A stretch of 64,000 bases of DNA, taken from the NCBI RefSeq assembly GCF_006345805.1, contig NC_042997.1, positions 125,364,001-125,428,000 of the forward strand, written 5' to 3'. Within the stretch, counting starts at the first letter, position 1, and each line of letters opens with the position of its first letter. A program made the position numbers and the translations under genes. The notes beneath the pieces were generated by a model. That model saw only the letters and a list, made by a program, of their open reading frames with translations, ran no database searches and was not told the origin of the DNA. Shown in pieces: positions 25,676 to 38,579 of this stretch. This stretch comes from Octopus sinensis (lineage: Eukaryota).

Positions 25676-27448
25676 CAAACTACGTTAAGAATTACGTTAA
25701 TATTACATGTCCCTGCGGAATACTCAGTCACTTGTACTTTAATTTAATTACTTGTTCGGATGATCGATCGACTGAATGTTTACTATAGGATGAGACGAAA
25801 AACCGATTATATAAAAGTACTTTGTCAAATGTACCTTTTCCTTAGATGGCGTGGTGGGAATTGCTGTTATCTCTAGCACATCAAATCACCTCATACTGTT
25901 TCCATTATTTTGTAGTTGATTAGATGACTGGTTTTGTTCTGTGTTGGATAAATAACTAGAATATAAGAGATCTTTATATTGTTCCTTTATAAAGTAACTG
26001 ATTGCTATTTCGCGGGGTGATTTGTATGTAAGAATGGTTTACTCTCCGGGTTTTACTTTGTATTCCAATAACAAACATATTGTTGTTACAGGCAGTATTA
26101 ATATGACGGAAATAGCCATGTCAGTATTTCATAAATTCCTGGATAATTACATGCATTTTAACAAGACATAGTGAAAGTTGTCAATTCTAGGAGGAGACAA
26201 CCTACTGCTAGACGTCTTTATAGTACGAGATAAGTCTATTGTTAGGTTAGAATATATTTACATATTATCATATTGCCTGTTTGCTTGTTTTCTCTTCTGT
26301 TTTCGTTCTATCCTCTTTCCTTACACTTTTTCTTGTTTTATAACATGACTCCATATATGTTCCCATTATACCTCAATTTCTTTCTTCTCTTAGTGTGATA
26401 ATACTTTTTTATATTAGTGTTACGATAGCTATTGTAAATTTAATGTCCAAAACATATTTACGTTTTCTCTCAATGTTTAGTTGTATTTATTATTTATTTT
26501 CAGGTGTTATTTATTTAACCTTATCTTGCATATCTACCCATTGTTCCATTGTGTTGTTTTGCATTGGGACCACTTCTATTTTGTGTGTTATACTTGTTAA
26601 ATTTTTTTCTGTGTGGTCATCTTTATTTTCTTTTTATGCAATATGTTGTTTTCAGAAAACGCTTTTACTTCATCGGAATATTGCTACTGTGAAAGCTTAT
26701 CTGATCTGCAGATTCATTTCGAATTTTTGTTATTTTCTTGCTATTTGTGTTTTGCGTTGGTTGAAGCACTCGTTCTGTTTGTGTCTTCTGTTGTTTTATT
26801 TTCATAGTGATACGAAGTCTGGTCCTTTGTGTGTTCAGTCAGTTTTAATGTTCAGTGTGTAGTTTTTGCAAATCATTAGTTTAGACAATTTAAGGTCCTC
26901 ACTCACAAGAAGTTCCCATCCAATCATCAAAAGCTGTTTTCCGCCGTTTTAATGCACAGAAATTTTCTGAATGCCTGTGAGGAATTAATGGAAGTTATTG
27001 CGCACTGAATGCTGTAGAAGTGAATCTAAATATTTGAATTCCACTAATGTCACATAGTTAACAAAGATTCATAACATGTAAACACGACTACACATTCATT
27101 TGGAGAAAGGAGAAAAAGTCGATTAAATACATTCAATATCTGACTGAACTCTAAAAAGAATGATAGAGGGTAAGTCGACCTCTGAAGGACTACAACGCAG
27201 AAAATAAGTTAATACTACGCAACATTTTCTCTAGTTGTCTATCATTTCTGCTTATTCAACGTCTTTCGTGTATCTAACAATGGTTTTCGGATTTAGGTAC
27301 AAGGCCAGTAATTTTTCAAGGAGAAGCAGTCATCACGATCGACCGTAGTCCTTTAACACATGCTTCATTTTATCAAGGCCAGAAGGATAAATAGCAGAGT
27401 TGATCACGGTGATATTTGAACTCGGAACGTAAAGAGCCAGGAAAAAAT

Positions 27449-27676
27449 ACCTATTTCTTTACTACCCATAAGGGGCTAAACACAGAGAGGACAAACAAGG
27501 ACAGACAAACGGATTATTATATCGACCCCAGTGTGTAACTGGTACTTATTTAATCGACCCCGAAAGGATGAAAGGCAAAGTCGACCTCGGCGGAATTTGA
27601 ACCTAGAACGTAACGGCAGACGAAATACGGCTACGCATTTCGCCCAGCGTGCTAACGATTCTGCCAGCTCGCCGCC
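27449..27676 (-). mobile_element. SINE family A copy, with decayed units upstream at ~27100-27450
   Basis: Reverse complement of the 44688 consensus, ending ...ctgccagctcgccgcc. Confidence 0.85.
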
Positions 27677-27786
27677 TCTTCCACTTATTTAATAATAGTT
27701 TCTGATTTAAACACAAAGTAAATAAAGTAAGTGTTGTTTCTTTTCGTAAAATGTTTTACTTCGTGTTTATTATTTCTCATCGGAAT

Positions 27787-28062
27787 GGAAGCACATGGCC
27801 TAGTGGTCAGAGCAGCGAACTCGCGGTCGAGGAATCGCGGGTTCGAATTTCAGACCGGGCGATGTGTGTGTTTTTGAGCGAAACACCTAAGCTCCACGCG
27901 GCTCCGGCAGAAGGAAATGGAGAAATTCTGTTGAATCTTTCGCCATAACTTACTCTCACTCTTTCCTCCTGCATTTTGCAGCTCACATGCGACGTACCGG
28001 CGTCCCGTCCAGGTGGGAAACCTAATCGCCAACGAAACCGAGAAACTGGCCCTAATAATGGC
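27787..28062 (+). mobile_element. tRNA-derived SINE (family D)
   Basis: gga.gcacatggcctagtggtcagagcagcg.actcgcggtc (box A) ... ggttcgaatttcagaccgggcg (box B) ... gagcgaaacacctaagctccacg.ggctccggcag; matches 36789. Confidence 0.8.
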
Positions 28063-28190
28063 TTCTAATTTGGGCACCAGGCCAGCAATTTCGGGAGAGT
28101 GGGTAAGACGATTACATCGACCTCAATGTATGACTGGTACGTAATTTCTTGAACACGAAAGGACGAAATTCAAAGTTGACCTCGGCGGAA

Positions 28191-28225
<35 letters not shown>

Positions 28226-28239
28226 CAACAAAAACAATC

Positions 28240-28440
28240 CTTTCTGCTAAAGCACAAGGCCCGAAATTTTGGAGGAAGGGGCTAGTCGATTTCATCAACC
28301 CCTCTGTTTCAATGGTACTTAATTTATCTAGCCCTAAAAGGATGAAAGTCGACCTCGATGGCATTTGGACCCAGAACGCAGCGACGGAAGAAATGCCGCT
28401 AAGCATTTTATCCGGCGCGCTAATAATTCTGCCAACTTAC
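28240..28440 (-). mobile_element. Diverged SINE family A-related copy
   Basis: aaaggatgaaagtcgacctcga.ggcattt...cagaacg.agcg...aaatgccgctaagcatttt..ccggcgcgctaa. Confidence 0.7.
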
Positions 28441-29016
28441 CCCTTTACTACTAGTACTACTACTACTACAACAACTACTACTACTACTATTAATAATAAT
28501 AATAATATAATAATAATAATACTTTTTATTATCATTATTTTCATTGTCATTATTTTAACCACCTTCCTTTAAATACTAGTTTATTTCTCCGATTCGTTAG
28601 ATCCGACTTAATTATTATACCGGGTGGGTTTTTAATCAGAAGATGGAATGATTAAAAAAAGATTTATTTGATCATTTAAGATTCAATCAGAGGGAAAATT
28701 AATTGCGGAATAATTTCATCGAATATAATGGTATTTAGCGGTGGAAGAGGAAGGTAAAGTTGTTTGTGTGTGTTTGAATGATGCTAGAGTTGGTGCTGGT
28801 GCTGGTGGCGACGGCGGTGGTGATGGTGGTGACAGTGGTGGTTGGGATCACCTATCTTTGTATGAGGTTTAATAGGCCGTGGTGGGGCGAAGGTTACCTA
28901 CGACTATATGATGTAGCGTATGTATTTATTAGTATACAGTGAGTCGTTTAGATGGTTACTCCTGTAACTAGTAGACATACACAAACACACACACATGTAT
29001 GTATATATGTATGTAT

Positions 29017-29251
29017 ACCTATTTCTTTACTACCCACAAGGGCCTAAACACAGTCAGGACAAACAAGGACAGACAAACGGATTAAGTCTATTACATCGAA
29101 CCCAGTGCGTAACTGGTACTTAATTTATCGACCCCGAAAGGATGAAAAGCAAAGTCGAACTCGGCGGAATTTGAACTCAGAACGTAACGGCAGACGAAAT
29201 ACGGCTACGCATTTCGCCCGGCGTGCTAACGTTTCTGCCAGCTCGCCGCCT
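29017..29251 (-). mobile_element. SINE family A copy
   Basis: Full-length match to the family A consensus. Confidence 0.88.
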
Positions 29252-29952
29252 TTATATAAATGTATGTATACCGCGCAGAGGGATATCAGATAAAGGGCTC
29301 TACATCCGGATAGCTAAAAAAGCACCATGAACGACACCCTGGTGACACACGTGCATGTGTGTGTGTGTGTGTGTGTGTGTATAAGTGTGTGTGTGTTCGC
29401 CTATATTTGTGTTTACGTCCAATGATCGTGGACTCCTACCTCTTAATCTTAATGCAACATTTTCTGATAGTTCTACTCTCTTCTGTGATTCTGTGCCTTT
29501 AATTTACAGCAAGCATGTGTGGGTGTATATGTATTTGTGCGTGTGTGGGTGTGTATATGTATGTCTGTGTGTGTGTGTCCGCACGCCTGTGTGAGTGTTC
29601 ATGACAATGAGTGCACACGCCCCTCTCCCCGTTATCCTAAATGTAATCTTTGATAAGTTGTACTTTCTATGTTTTATGATTATACACCCACAGACAACTA
29701 TTACAGGTCATAATCAAAATACAGCAGGCACGAACAACATACCTAGGATATCGTAGTATATCTAGCGGGACATCTTCTTCTTTATGCACGTACATGATGT
29801 GACACAAACTGCACAGATTGATGCAAGACTATTAGATGCACAAAATCATAACCATAACGGACAGTTGCAGGATAGATCGAAATGATCGTCGTACTGAATA
29901 AAAACTAGAGCTAAATCTATCTGACGTTTACTTTATCAATTATATATATATG

Positions 29953-29990
<38 letters not shown>

Positions 29991-30455
29991 ACTCTACAAC
30001 TCCAACCACCACGAACACTATTACTACTACAAACAGCGGTCTCTGCTACTGCTGCTATTACAGCCAAGGGTCACTTCCACTTTTACTACTACTACTATAG
30101 CCAATGAACAACTGCTACAACTCCAACCACCACCACCATGGTCATTACTACTACTACGACGACCAACGGTCTCTGCTAATATTGCTATTACGGAGAACGG
30201 TCACTTTCACGATTATACCAAACGATTCTAGACAACGCACAAGACAGCCATTATGCTCCCACACACAAAACACCACCACGTGGACTCTGTAGAGACTAGT
30301 AAGAAACAATTATGAAATTTTATTACACTTGACTTTTAAAATATTTTTGATAAGGTTCGTTTTTTTTCAAGAAGAAACGAATTTAACTTTATATAGCATT
30401 TTCATGCCACCTACACTTTTTATAAACATATATATATATATAGGGTTCCATTCTA

Positions 30456-30506
30456 GCAAAACTGTCTGATGAACGGCAACGAGAAACTCAGAGTAACAGA
30501 TTTTGT
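30456..30506 (+). ncRNA. Minimal type I hammerhead in a ~100-bp island between (AT)n tracts
   Basis: Stem I GCAAAACTGT/ACAG(A)TTTTGT; CTGATGA (30466-72); stem II A-CG-GCAA-CG-A; GAA; stem III ACT-CAG-AGT; GTA triplet (site after 30495). Confidence 0.7.
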
Positions 30507-30530
30507 TGAATTTTCTGCTTCCTTAAATAA

Positions 30531-30575
<45 letters not shown>

Positions 30576-30639
30576 TATATATATATATATAATATATATA
30601 TATAATATATATATATATATTATATATATAATATATATA

Positions 30640-30850
30640 TATAAAGGGAAAGTTTACGAAAATAAACAAAAGACGAAGGCAGGTGGAGTACAAACAACCA
30701 AATGTATTAGTATACGCTTCAGGAATAGAAATAGAAAAGTCTTTTACGTTTCGAGCCTACGCTCTTCGACAGAAAGATACACGAAAAAAACAAGGAGAGA
30801 AAAAGGGAGAGAAAAAAAATGCGTGTAGGAGCTAACGATCTATCATGGCG
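30640..30850 (-). mobile_element. PLE-type terminal repeat with variant-core hammerhead fold (30740-30777)
   Basis: Minus strand: TCTTT-CTGTCGA-A-GAGC gtag GCTC-GAA-ACGT-A-AAAGA. Homologous to 35690-35870, which follows a GIY-YIG fragment, and to decayed 37290-37460. Confidence 0.6.
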
Positions 30851-31399
30851 TATGTATGTATGTATTGGAATAAATATAAGATATAGAAATAGATAAAATA
30901 AATAAATTTCTATAAAGGGCATGGATACATACAACATACGAAGCGAACCCATACTCATACACAAGCACACACACACACACACACACACGAAATTTCACGG
31001 ACGGCCACAACAATGTCAGCAACACGATTAACAACGACAGCAGCAACGGCGGTGACAACGATGGAAATAACAACAAGAAATACAACAATGGCAACACCGT
31101 GGGCGAACACACATACACAGAGGAATACAGGAACTGTACCATATTTTCGGGTCTTAGGACAGAAGCAGCACAATGGGGTGAGAGGGCGGGGCTGCTGAGG
31201 TAAAGACCACACTTCTGCTAAAAACTATGTCGCGCACACACAAATATACACACATACATAAACACACACGCACTCATACAAACACACAAACAAGGACACA
31301 AATATGTATATATATATATATATACTATGTCCCACTCGTTTATCTCCCCCGCACCTTTCCCTTTGTCTGATTTTTTCTTATCCCCCAATACCGCTGTCC

Positions 31400-31920
31400 C
31401 TTACCCATCTCTCTTCCTTCCACGTGACCGGTGTCCAGAAAGCCATGATCTTCCTTCTTGGCCTGCTGCCAATCGTCAGCACGTCTTGTGTTCGTCTCCC
31501 ATGTTCCTGCCTTTAGGCTTTTATTTCATACACGCCAGCTCAATTTCAGTCGCTCTCAGTCGAAAGACGCCTGTTGTTACTTTTTGTGGTATTCGTAATT
31601 GTGTACCATGCTCCCCGTTCTTCTTTTTTGTTTGTTTTTCTTTTGTCTTTGCTGACGTACACATTCGCTAGCTTTCTTACAAAGGGGTCTAATGCTCTTA
31701 GCTTAGTTTTTTTTTTTGGGGGGGGGACAACTAGATCGAAGCATCTCAAGTGTATCTGTCCGAAATGGTCGTGACTTCTGGTACTTGACTGATGAGAGAA
31801 AGCCAAGAATGACCCGTCTTTTCGTGCCTATCCTTCTAATTGTTATATCTCTTTTCCGCCTTTGTGTTGTCTATCTGTGCAAATGTTTTAATGGCCTCTA
31901 TTCCGTTTTTGTTCCATTTA
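31400..31920 (+). mobile_element. Decayed PLE-type terminal repeat homologous to 6640-7140
   Basis: Shared blocks as listed for 6640-7140; CTGATGA at ~31789. Confidence 0.5.
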
Positions 31921-32494
31921 TATATATATATATATATATATAATTCAGCTACGGTAGTAGTTGAATTATATTAAGGCCATAATTTACTCACACGCAGCAA
32001 TTTTCAGAGCTTGTCGCTAATTCAGTTCTTAACAAAATTGAAAAATGTTATCGTTTTCGAAGAAGTCTAGTCCCTAGCTACATTTCGGCATTAAACAAAC
32101 TGAGATTTGATTCTGTTGAAAGTTTACATCAAAATTTGTAGCAACGTTATAGGAGAGTAAGTAACACCACCAATCAAGTTTAGATCTAAATAATTATTTT
32201 ATATTAAAAGCAAATATATTTATCTTGGCTTCAATGATAGAAGAAATCATGAAGAATTCTATAGTTTTGTTTCCATGCCGCAGAAATTTGTATCAAGAAA
32301 AAATAAGGCAAAAAATTGGATCTAAGTACAATTTAAAAACAAACTATATTTTTAATATTTTAAGCAAGCTACTTACCACACACCCACTTCTGCGCCTCAA
32401 CTTATATGCGTATGTGTGTGTGAGTGTGTGTGTGTGTGTGGTGTGTGCGTGTGTGCGTGCGTGTGTGTGTGTTTATATATACACATATGTATAT

Positions 32495-32647
32495 GCGCAG
32501 GAGTGGTAAGTTGCTTGCTTACCAACCACATGGTCCCAGGTTCAGTCCCACTGCGTGGCATCTTGGGCAAGTGTCTTCTACTATAGCCTCGGGCCGACCA
32601 AAGCCTTGTGATTGGATTTCGAAAACGGAAACTGGAAGAAGTCCTTC

Positions 32648-32690
<43 letters not shown>

Positions 32691-33138
32691 TATGTATGCA
32701 TGCATGTATGTATGTATGTATGTATGTATGTATGTATGTATGTATGTATGTATGTATAAAGATAGAGAAAGAGAGGTGCAGGTTTGGGTGTGGTGAGATT
32801 CTTGCTTTCCAACCACATGTTTCCAGATTCAGTCCTACTGTGTAGAACTTTATTCAAGTGTCTTCTACTATGGCCTCGGGCCGACCAAAGCCTTGTGAGT
32901 GGATCTGGTAGACGGAAACTGAAAGAAGCCCATTGTGTATATATGCGTGTGAAGGATAGAGCTGATGTCGGTGTGTTTACGTCTCAGAAACCTTAGTATT
33001 TCGGCAAAACTAACCGATAAAATAAGTAATAATCTTACAAAGAATAAATCCTGGTGTCGTTTTTTTTTTCGACAAAAAATCTTTGAAAGTGGTGCTCCAG
33101 CATGGCCGCAGTCAAATGACTGAAACAAGTAAAAGAAT
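32495..33138 (+). mobile_element. Two adjacent SINE family B copies (5' half at 32495-32650, full copy at 32775-33138)
   Basis: Family B consensus blocks separated by (AT)n/(ATGT)n. Confidence 0.85.
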
Positions 33139-33656
33139 ATATATATTCACACATTGTATGTATGTATGTATGTATGTATGTATGTATGTATGTATGTATG
33201 TATGTATGTATGTATGTATGTATGTATGTATGTATGTATGTATGTATGTATAGAGAGAGAGAGGTCACAAAAAAGTAACAGATAATAGTTCGTTATGTCA
33301 AGAAACGGAGGAGAAATCCGATTAGTCCAATTAAATCCAATTAAAATAGGTATTCGTTAGGTAAATCCGTGAACAAATGAAGAAAATCGGTAACGTCGAT
33401 TAATAGAACTAACATACAAAGAATGCTTTGATTACAAACCATGAAGAGGAGGAATATAGGTTACCAGTTCCAATACTGACTAAATATATAAATATATATA
33501 TATTTAAGTAGGTGAATGAATTATCCTATGTTTATCCTCAGCATGGAAAATTTGTTTAACCGAAACCTGGGTAGCAAATTCACGTCAGAAAAACACGGTT
33601 GAAGCGACCTGTCAAGGGTAGAAACTCCGGGTTCATGTGCAGAAATTTGTGTGTTG

Positions 33657-33877
33657 TATATGAATAAATGAAAGAATGGAGTCGAACGAAGATGTTAATA
33701 AAATTCCTTTACTCTCGACACATGTTTCGAAGACAGCATATTTTCATTCCGAAGGAATAAAGGGTGCATTATGCAATCTTTATTCCCTCGGAATGAAAAT
33801 ATGCTGTCTTCGAAACATGTGTCGAGAGTAAAGGAATTTTGTTAACATCTTCGTTCGACTCCATTCTTTCATTTATT

Positions 33878-33884
<7 letters not shown>
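33657..33884. repeat. ~228-bp near-perfect palindrome (fold-back)
   Basis: tgaataaatgaaagaatggagtcgaacgaagatgttaa...ggaataaag / ctttattcc...ttaacatcttcgttcgactccattctttcatttattca, with a 15-nt spacer; right end in (AT)n. Confidence 0.92.
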
Positions 33885-33938
<54 letters not shown>

Positions 33939-33939
33939 T

Positions 33940-34821
33940 GGTACGATGGGTAAAAGGTCGCTATTTTATATTCTTGATTTCGCGCATGTGTATTGTTTTT
34001 TTTTAATTTTGTCGACTACACAGTATAGTAGGGTCAATTGAGCACTGTCTGTGAGAAAAACAGCACCATAACGCAATTAACTCTGCCAGAAATTTGGAAA
34101 CGACATGCCGTACTGCTTCATGTTCGCACTTAAAGCTCCAATACGGACATTTCACAGTTGTCGAGTGTCAATCTGAGGACAGGACAATCTGAGGACATGT
34201 ACCGAGAGTGATAAAAATCAAACATACAATCAACATCATAGTGTTTGGAGTAATCACTAGTAATGACGACGTTTTGCCTCCATTCATTTTCCTACTCGGC
34301 CTCACACTCAACACGGAGGCCTACATCAAGTACTTGGATGAGTTAGTGCTGCCCTGGGTCAAGAGGGTGGCCGCTGGAAGGGTCTATGCCTGGCAACAGG
34401 ACTCTGCACCATGTCACACAATCAGAAGAACCCAGTCATGTCTGTCAGACAATTTCTGGGACCACAACGCCCCTAATATCTGGCCACCTGACTCCCCGGA
34501 CTGAAGCCCCCTTGATTATTATGTGTGGGGCTCAATTGAGCGAGAGGCCAACAAATCTTCTTGTAACACCAAAGAATAACTGAAGCCAAGGATTATGGCA
34601 GCATTCACCAACTTAAATAAGGAGACCATCCAGAAGAGTTGCAGGAGATTCCAAAGTCGTCTGGATGCCGTGGTTGAAGCCAATGACGATTTTATTGAAT
34701 AAATTTACTCTTTAGTATTTCAAGATATTTTATGCCATTTTGGTAAATATATCTGTTAAAATGTGATGTCAGTATTATTTTCATTTTTACGTAATTTAGA
34801 CGACAATTTATTCACCGCACC
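33940..34821 (+). mobile_element. Internally deleted maT (DD37D) Tc1/mariner-superfamily transposon relic
   Basis: IVFGVITSNDDVLPPFIF...VLPWVKRVAAGRVYAWQQDSAPCH...IWPPDSPD*SPLDYY, with 37 residues between the second and third D. Right TIR gacgacaatttattcaccgcacc; degenerate left TIR ggtacgatgggtaaaaggtcgct. Confidence 0.82.
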
Positions 34822-35195
34822 ATCTCTCTCTCTCTCTCTCTCTCTCTTTCTTACTTTCTCTCTCTTTCTCTCATTCTCTCTCACTCACTATCTTTCTCCT
34901 TCTCCCACTCTCTCTTTATATATATATATCTGTGTGTGTGTATATGTGTATGCGTGTGTGTGCGTTTATATATATTGTTGTCTGAGGAGAGCCATTCTCT
35001 TTTTGCGCCTTGTTATTTAACACACTCACCGATCCAGTTTCCACTCATTTACTTGTTTGTTTTTCCTAAAATTTTTGTTGCATCTTCCAACCTTTTCAAT
35101 AGTCGTTGACTCTGTTCGTTATCCGAATTGCGTTCTTTTCATTTGTTGTGGGTCAGTGTGCGTGCGCATACACACGTATGTATCTATGTGTGCAT

Positions 35196-35257
<62 letters not shown>

Positions 35258-35689
35258 ATGTATAATATATATATGTATATATGTGTGTACGTTTGTATGC
35301 ATGTATTCTGAATATTCCTGTGTTTGTGTGTATGTGTGCTTGTTTGCATGCGTGTGCGTGTCTGTGTGTACCTCTGTCTTCTTGTGAGTGCATGTCTGAG
35401 TGTGTGTGCGTGTGTACATCTGTCTCTTTGTCGGAGCATGTCTGAGCGTGTCTGTGTATGGGTTTTTCTGACTATGTACGTGCGTCTGTTATGTTTGGAT
35501 GTGTGTCTCCAAATGTGTCCTTGTGTGAAGTGTGCGTGTGTGTATATGGTCATGGGTTTTGCGCATGTATGTGTGCTTCTCTGTTCATATTACCTATGTA
35601 CCTATCTATCTGTATATCTATCTGTTTACATTCATATCTATTTATCTACATATATATGCATATACATATATATACACATATACATATAT

Positions 35690-36316
35690 AGGGGGAGAAT
35701 TCACAAAAGAAACAAAAGAGGAAGACAGGTGGTGTAGACAACAAATATATGTATTAGTATAACGCTCGGAAAGTGAAAAAGTCTTTAACGTTTCGAGCCT
35801 ACGCTCTTCAACAGAAAGGAACGCAGAAAGAAACAAGGAGAGAAAATAAAGAATGTGTAGTGGCTACCCATACACACGCACACACAAACACAAACACGCA
35901 TACATACGTCTACATAACAGCCCACTAACTATTCTACCTGTGTATATGAACTGTGAATAAAGGGGTCTGGCTACCTACTACGTATATTTCGTATTTAATA
36001 CTGGGGATATTTAATTTATGAGGACGTACTCCTGTATTCGTCTGAGTGGTGGGTGCTTGGATAAACTATGGATGTCAAGTTGACCCCAGTTGCCTCCATG
36101 CTGGTCTTTGGTATGTTGGTACAGTTTGTCGTCATATAGTCTCAAATGTCCATTTAATCTTTCCACAATGCTCCTAGATGTCTCACCTATGTCTATCATG
36201 TTCTTGTCTTTACAAGCACCTTCTATGCACTTCATGCTGTATACTATATATATATATACTATATATACTATATATATAGTTCTTCCGTTAATGTCAGGGT
36301 TAATCCTACATACCAT
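35690..36316 (-). pseudogene. 5'-truncated PLE: GIY-YIG fragment (36011-36316) + 3' terminal repeat with variant hammerhead fold (35783-35818)
   Basis: IVYSMKCIEGACKDKNMIDIGETSRSIVERLNGHL...LRRIQEYVLIN, followed on the same strand by CTTT-CTGTTGA-A-GAGC gtag GCTC-GAA-ACGT-T-AAAG. Confidence 0.72.
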
Positions 36317-36641
36317 ACAATCATCATTGGTGCATGTGGTATTCTCAAAGGGATGGTGGTTGTGTTGTGCCCATTATTATTGTGGTTATTGCTGTGGGTG
36401 GTGTTGATGTGGTTGGTATTGTTGTCTGCGTGTGGAGTGTTGTTGTCATTGTTGTTGTTGCTATTATCATTGTTATCGTTGTTATTATAGTTGATGTTTT
36501 GATTTCGTATGTTTGTTGTTGTTGTCGTTGTTATAGTTCTTTAAGTGGGGAATGTTATGGTTATCATTGTTGCTATTGTTATTGCCACTATTGTTGTTGT
36601 CATTAACATCGCTATTGTTATTGTTTTAGTTTCGTATCGGG

Positions 36642-36723
<82 letters not shown>

Positions 36724-36788
36724 CGTGCGCGTGTGTGTGTGTGTGCGTGCGTGTGTGTATGTGTATGTATATATATATATATATATAT

Positions 36789-37020
36789 GAGGCGCAATGG
36801 CCTAGTGGTTAGGGCAGCGGACTTGCGGTCGGAGGATCGCGGTTTCGATTCCCAGACCGGGCGTTGTGTGTGTTTATTGAGCGAAAAAAACACCTAAAAG
36901 CTCCACGAGGCTCCGGCAGGAGGTGGTGATCCCTGCTGTACTCTTTCACCATTCTAAAGGCGGTGCTCCAGCATGGCCGCGGTCAAATGACTGAAACAAG
37001 TACAAAAAAAAAAAAAAAAA
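36789..37020 (+). mobile_element. Chimeric SINE: family D head/body joined to family B 3' tail and poly(A)
   Basis: Family D sequence to ~36953, then ctaaaggcggtgctccagcatggccgcggtcaaatgactgaaacaagta and an A-run. Confidence 0.75.
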
Positions 37021-37258
37021 ATACGGTCCCATTCCGGCAAGTTTCTTGTCGGTACCTCCAGAGTGGAATCAATACTATCGATAATGGCTTAAATTGCGTT
37101 TGACCATCTGACCGACAACTAATGAAGAATCCGTGACCTTCTGTGTTTTATGTTCGCCGGTTTTTATGTTCGTTTGTTTATTTATTACACTTTTTAAAAA
37201 TTATATATATATAGGTATTTCATGCTTTCCGTTTGTAGTCTTTTTCTTTACTCCTGAC

Positions 37259-37295
<37 letters not shown>

Positions 37296-37820
37296 AGTTT
37301 AAATTTAGAGAAAAACAAAAGACGAAGACTGGTGTATGAACAACAAACAGGTGTATTAGTTTGGCGCTCGGGAAAGTGGGAAATTCTGTTCAACAGAAAG
37401 GAATATGAGGAAATAAACAAAGAGGAAAAAAAAAAAGAGTTGCGGATTTAGCGATCGATCATGGCGACTGGTTAGGGAAAAAATAGCTTGACAGGAGAGC
37501 TAGGAAGAAGGGGAGATAATAAAGTATTGGAGAGTTTGTAAGTGTGGGTGGATAGGGGTCAATGACTTTGACGTGTGGATGTGTGCGTAAGTGTGTGCGT
37601 CTATAATGTGTGATTGTGTGAATGATGGTGTGTGGAATGGTGTGAGATGGTGTGATACGGTGTGATGAAAGCGGGAGTCCGGATGGCCCCTGTGCAAAGA
37701 CAATCCGAATATATATATATATATATATATACATACATTTTCTCGAAGAGCTGTTCACTAACACCGAATAAGAAACCACGTGACAGCAAAGCGATCTTCT
37801 TAACCACACATCTTGCCGTC

Positions 37821-38015
37821 CAAGAATTTGGACCTGCAGATCTCCATTTCCAGCGACTTCTAGGGCCACCTCCCAATGGTGTCGGGCGTCAACGAAGAGC
37901 CATCGACAACAACAAGACGACCAAAGTTTTTTTTTCCAAGTTTTGGGGTCGCCCGCCCCTAAGCCCTACACCATCACGTAATCACCCTTACTCGTCTTGT
38001 TGCTTAACAACAACA
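37821..38015. repeat. Second copy of the unclassified repeat at 25477-25675
   Basis: Direct alignment by eye, high identity. Confidence 0.85.
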
Positions 38016-38579
38016 ATAACCACACATCTACGCCAGGAATACTCAACAGCTTACTAGTGTAATTCAACGCATAAACAGTTCAGTTGATCAAAACCGGTAG
38101 AAGAATCATCGTCGAAAGTGATGAATATCCATTTACTAATACATTTACTCAGTATATAAGTATTAATGTGATATGCGATTTTTCTTTTTATTGTTGTTGT
38201 TGGAGTGATGCTTTTTATGCTTACATATATATATATATATGTATTTGCAAGCGTGTGTACTTGTATATGTATACACATATCCATGTATTTGTATGTCTAT
38301 GCGTTTGAGTTTGTGCATAGATGTGTGTTACTATTTCACTCTGTGTATGTATTTATGTGTGCGTATGTCTGTCCGTGTATGTGTATGTGTTTCTAAATGT
38401 ATGCAGACGACACATAAACGAAAGTAACTTCCAGTAAATTCGTGTCTGTAATTATAGAGCCACCATAAAATACTAACTTCCGGTTAGTATATAGGTTTTC
38501 CTCCATTTGCTTCAGGGCTGGCTCTCGCTATCTAAATAGTCAAAACATCACATATAACACTGCTCTTAGAATTCCACTA

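Noticed and set aside
26395-26862. 155-aa hydrophobic ORF
   Set aside because: T-rich strand bias gives pseudo-membrane composition; GTG start and no motif. Similar skewed tracts at 18300-18900, 40900-41450, 45480-46050 and 60780-61230 may be decayed LINE ORF1 but cannot be assigned.
5344-36860. tRNA genes at SINE heads (5344, 27787, 36789, 44688, etc.)
   Set aside because: Box A/B-like motifs run on into SINE bodies and I could not build complete cloverleaves.
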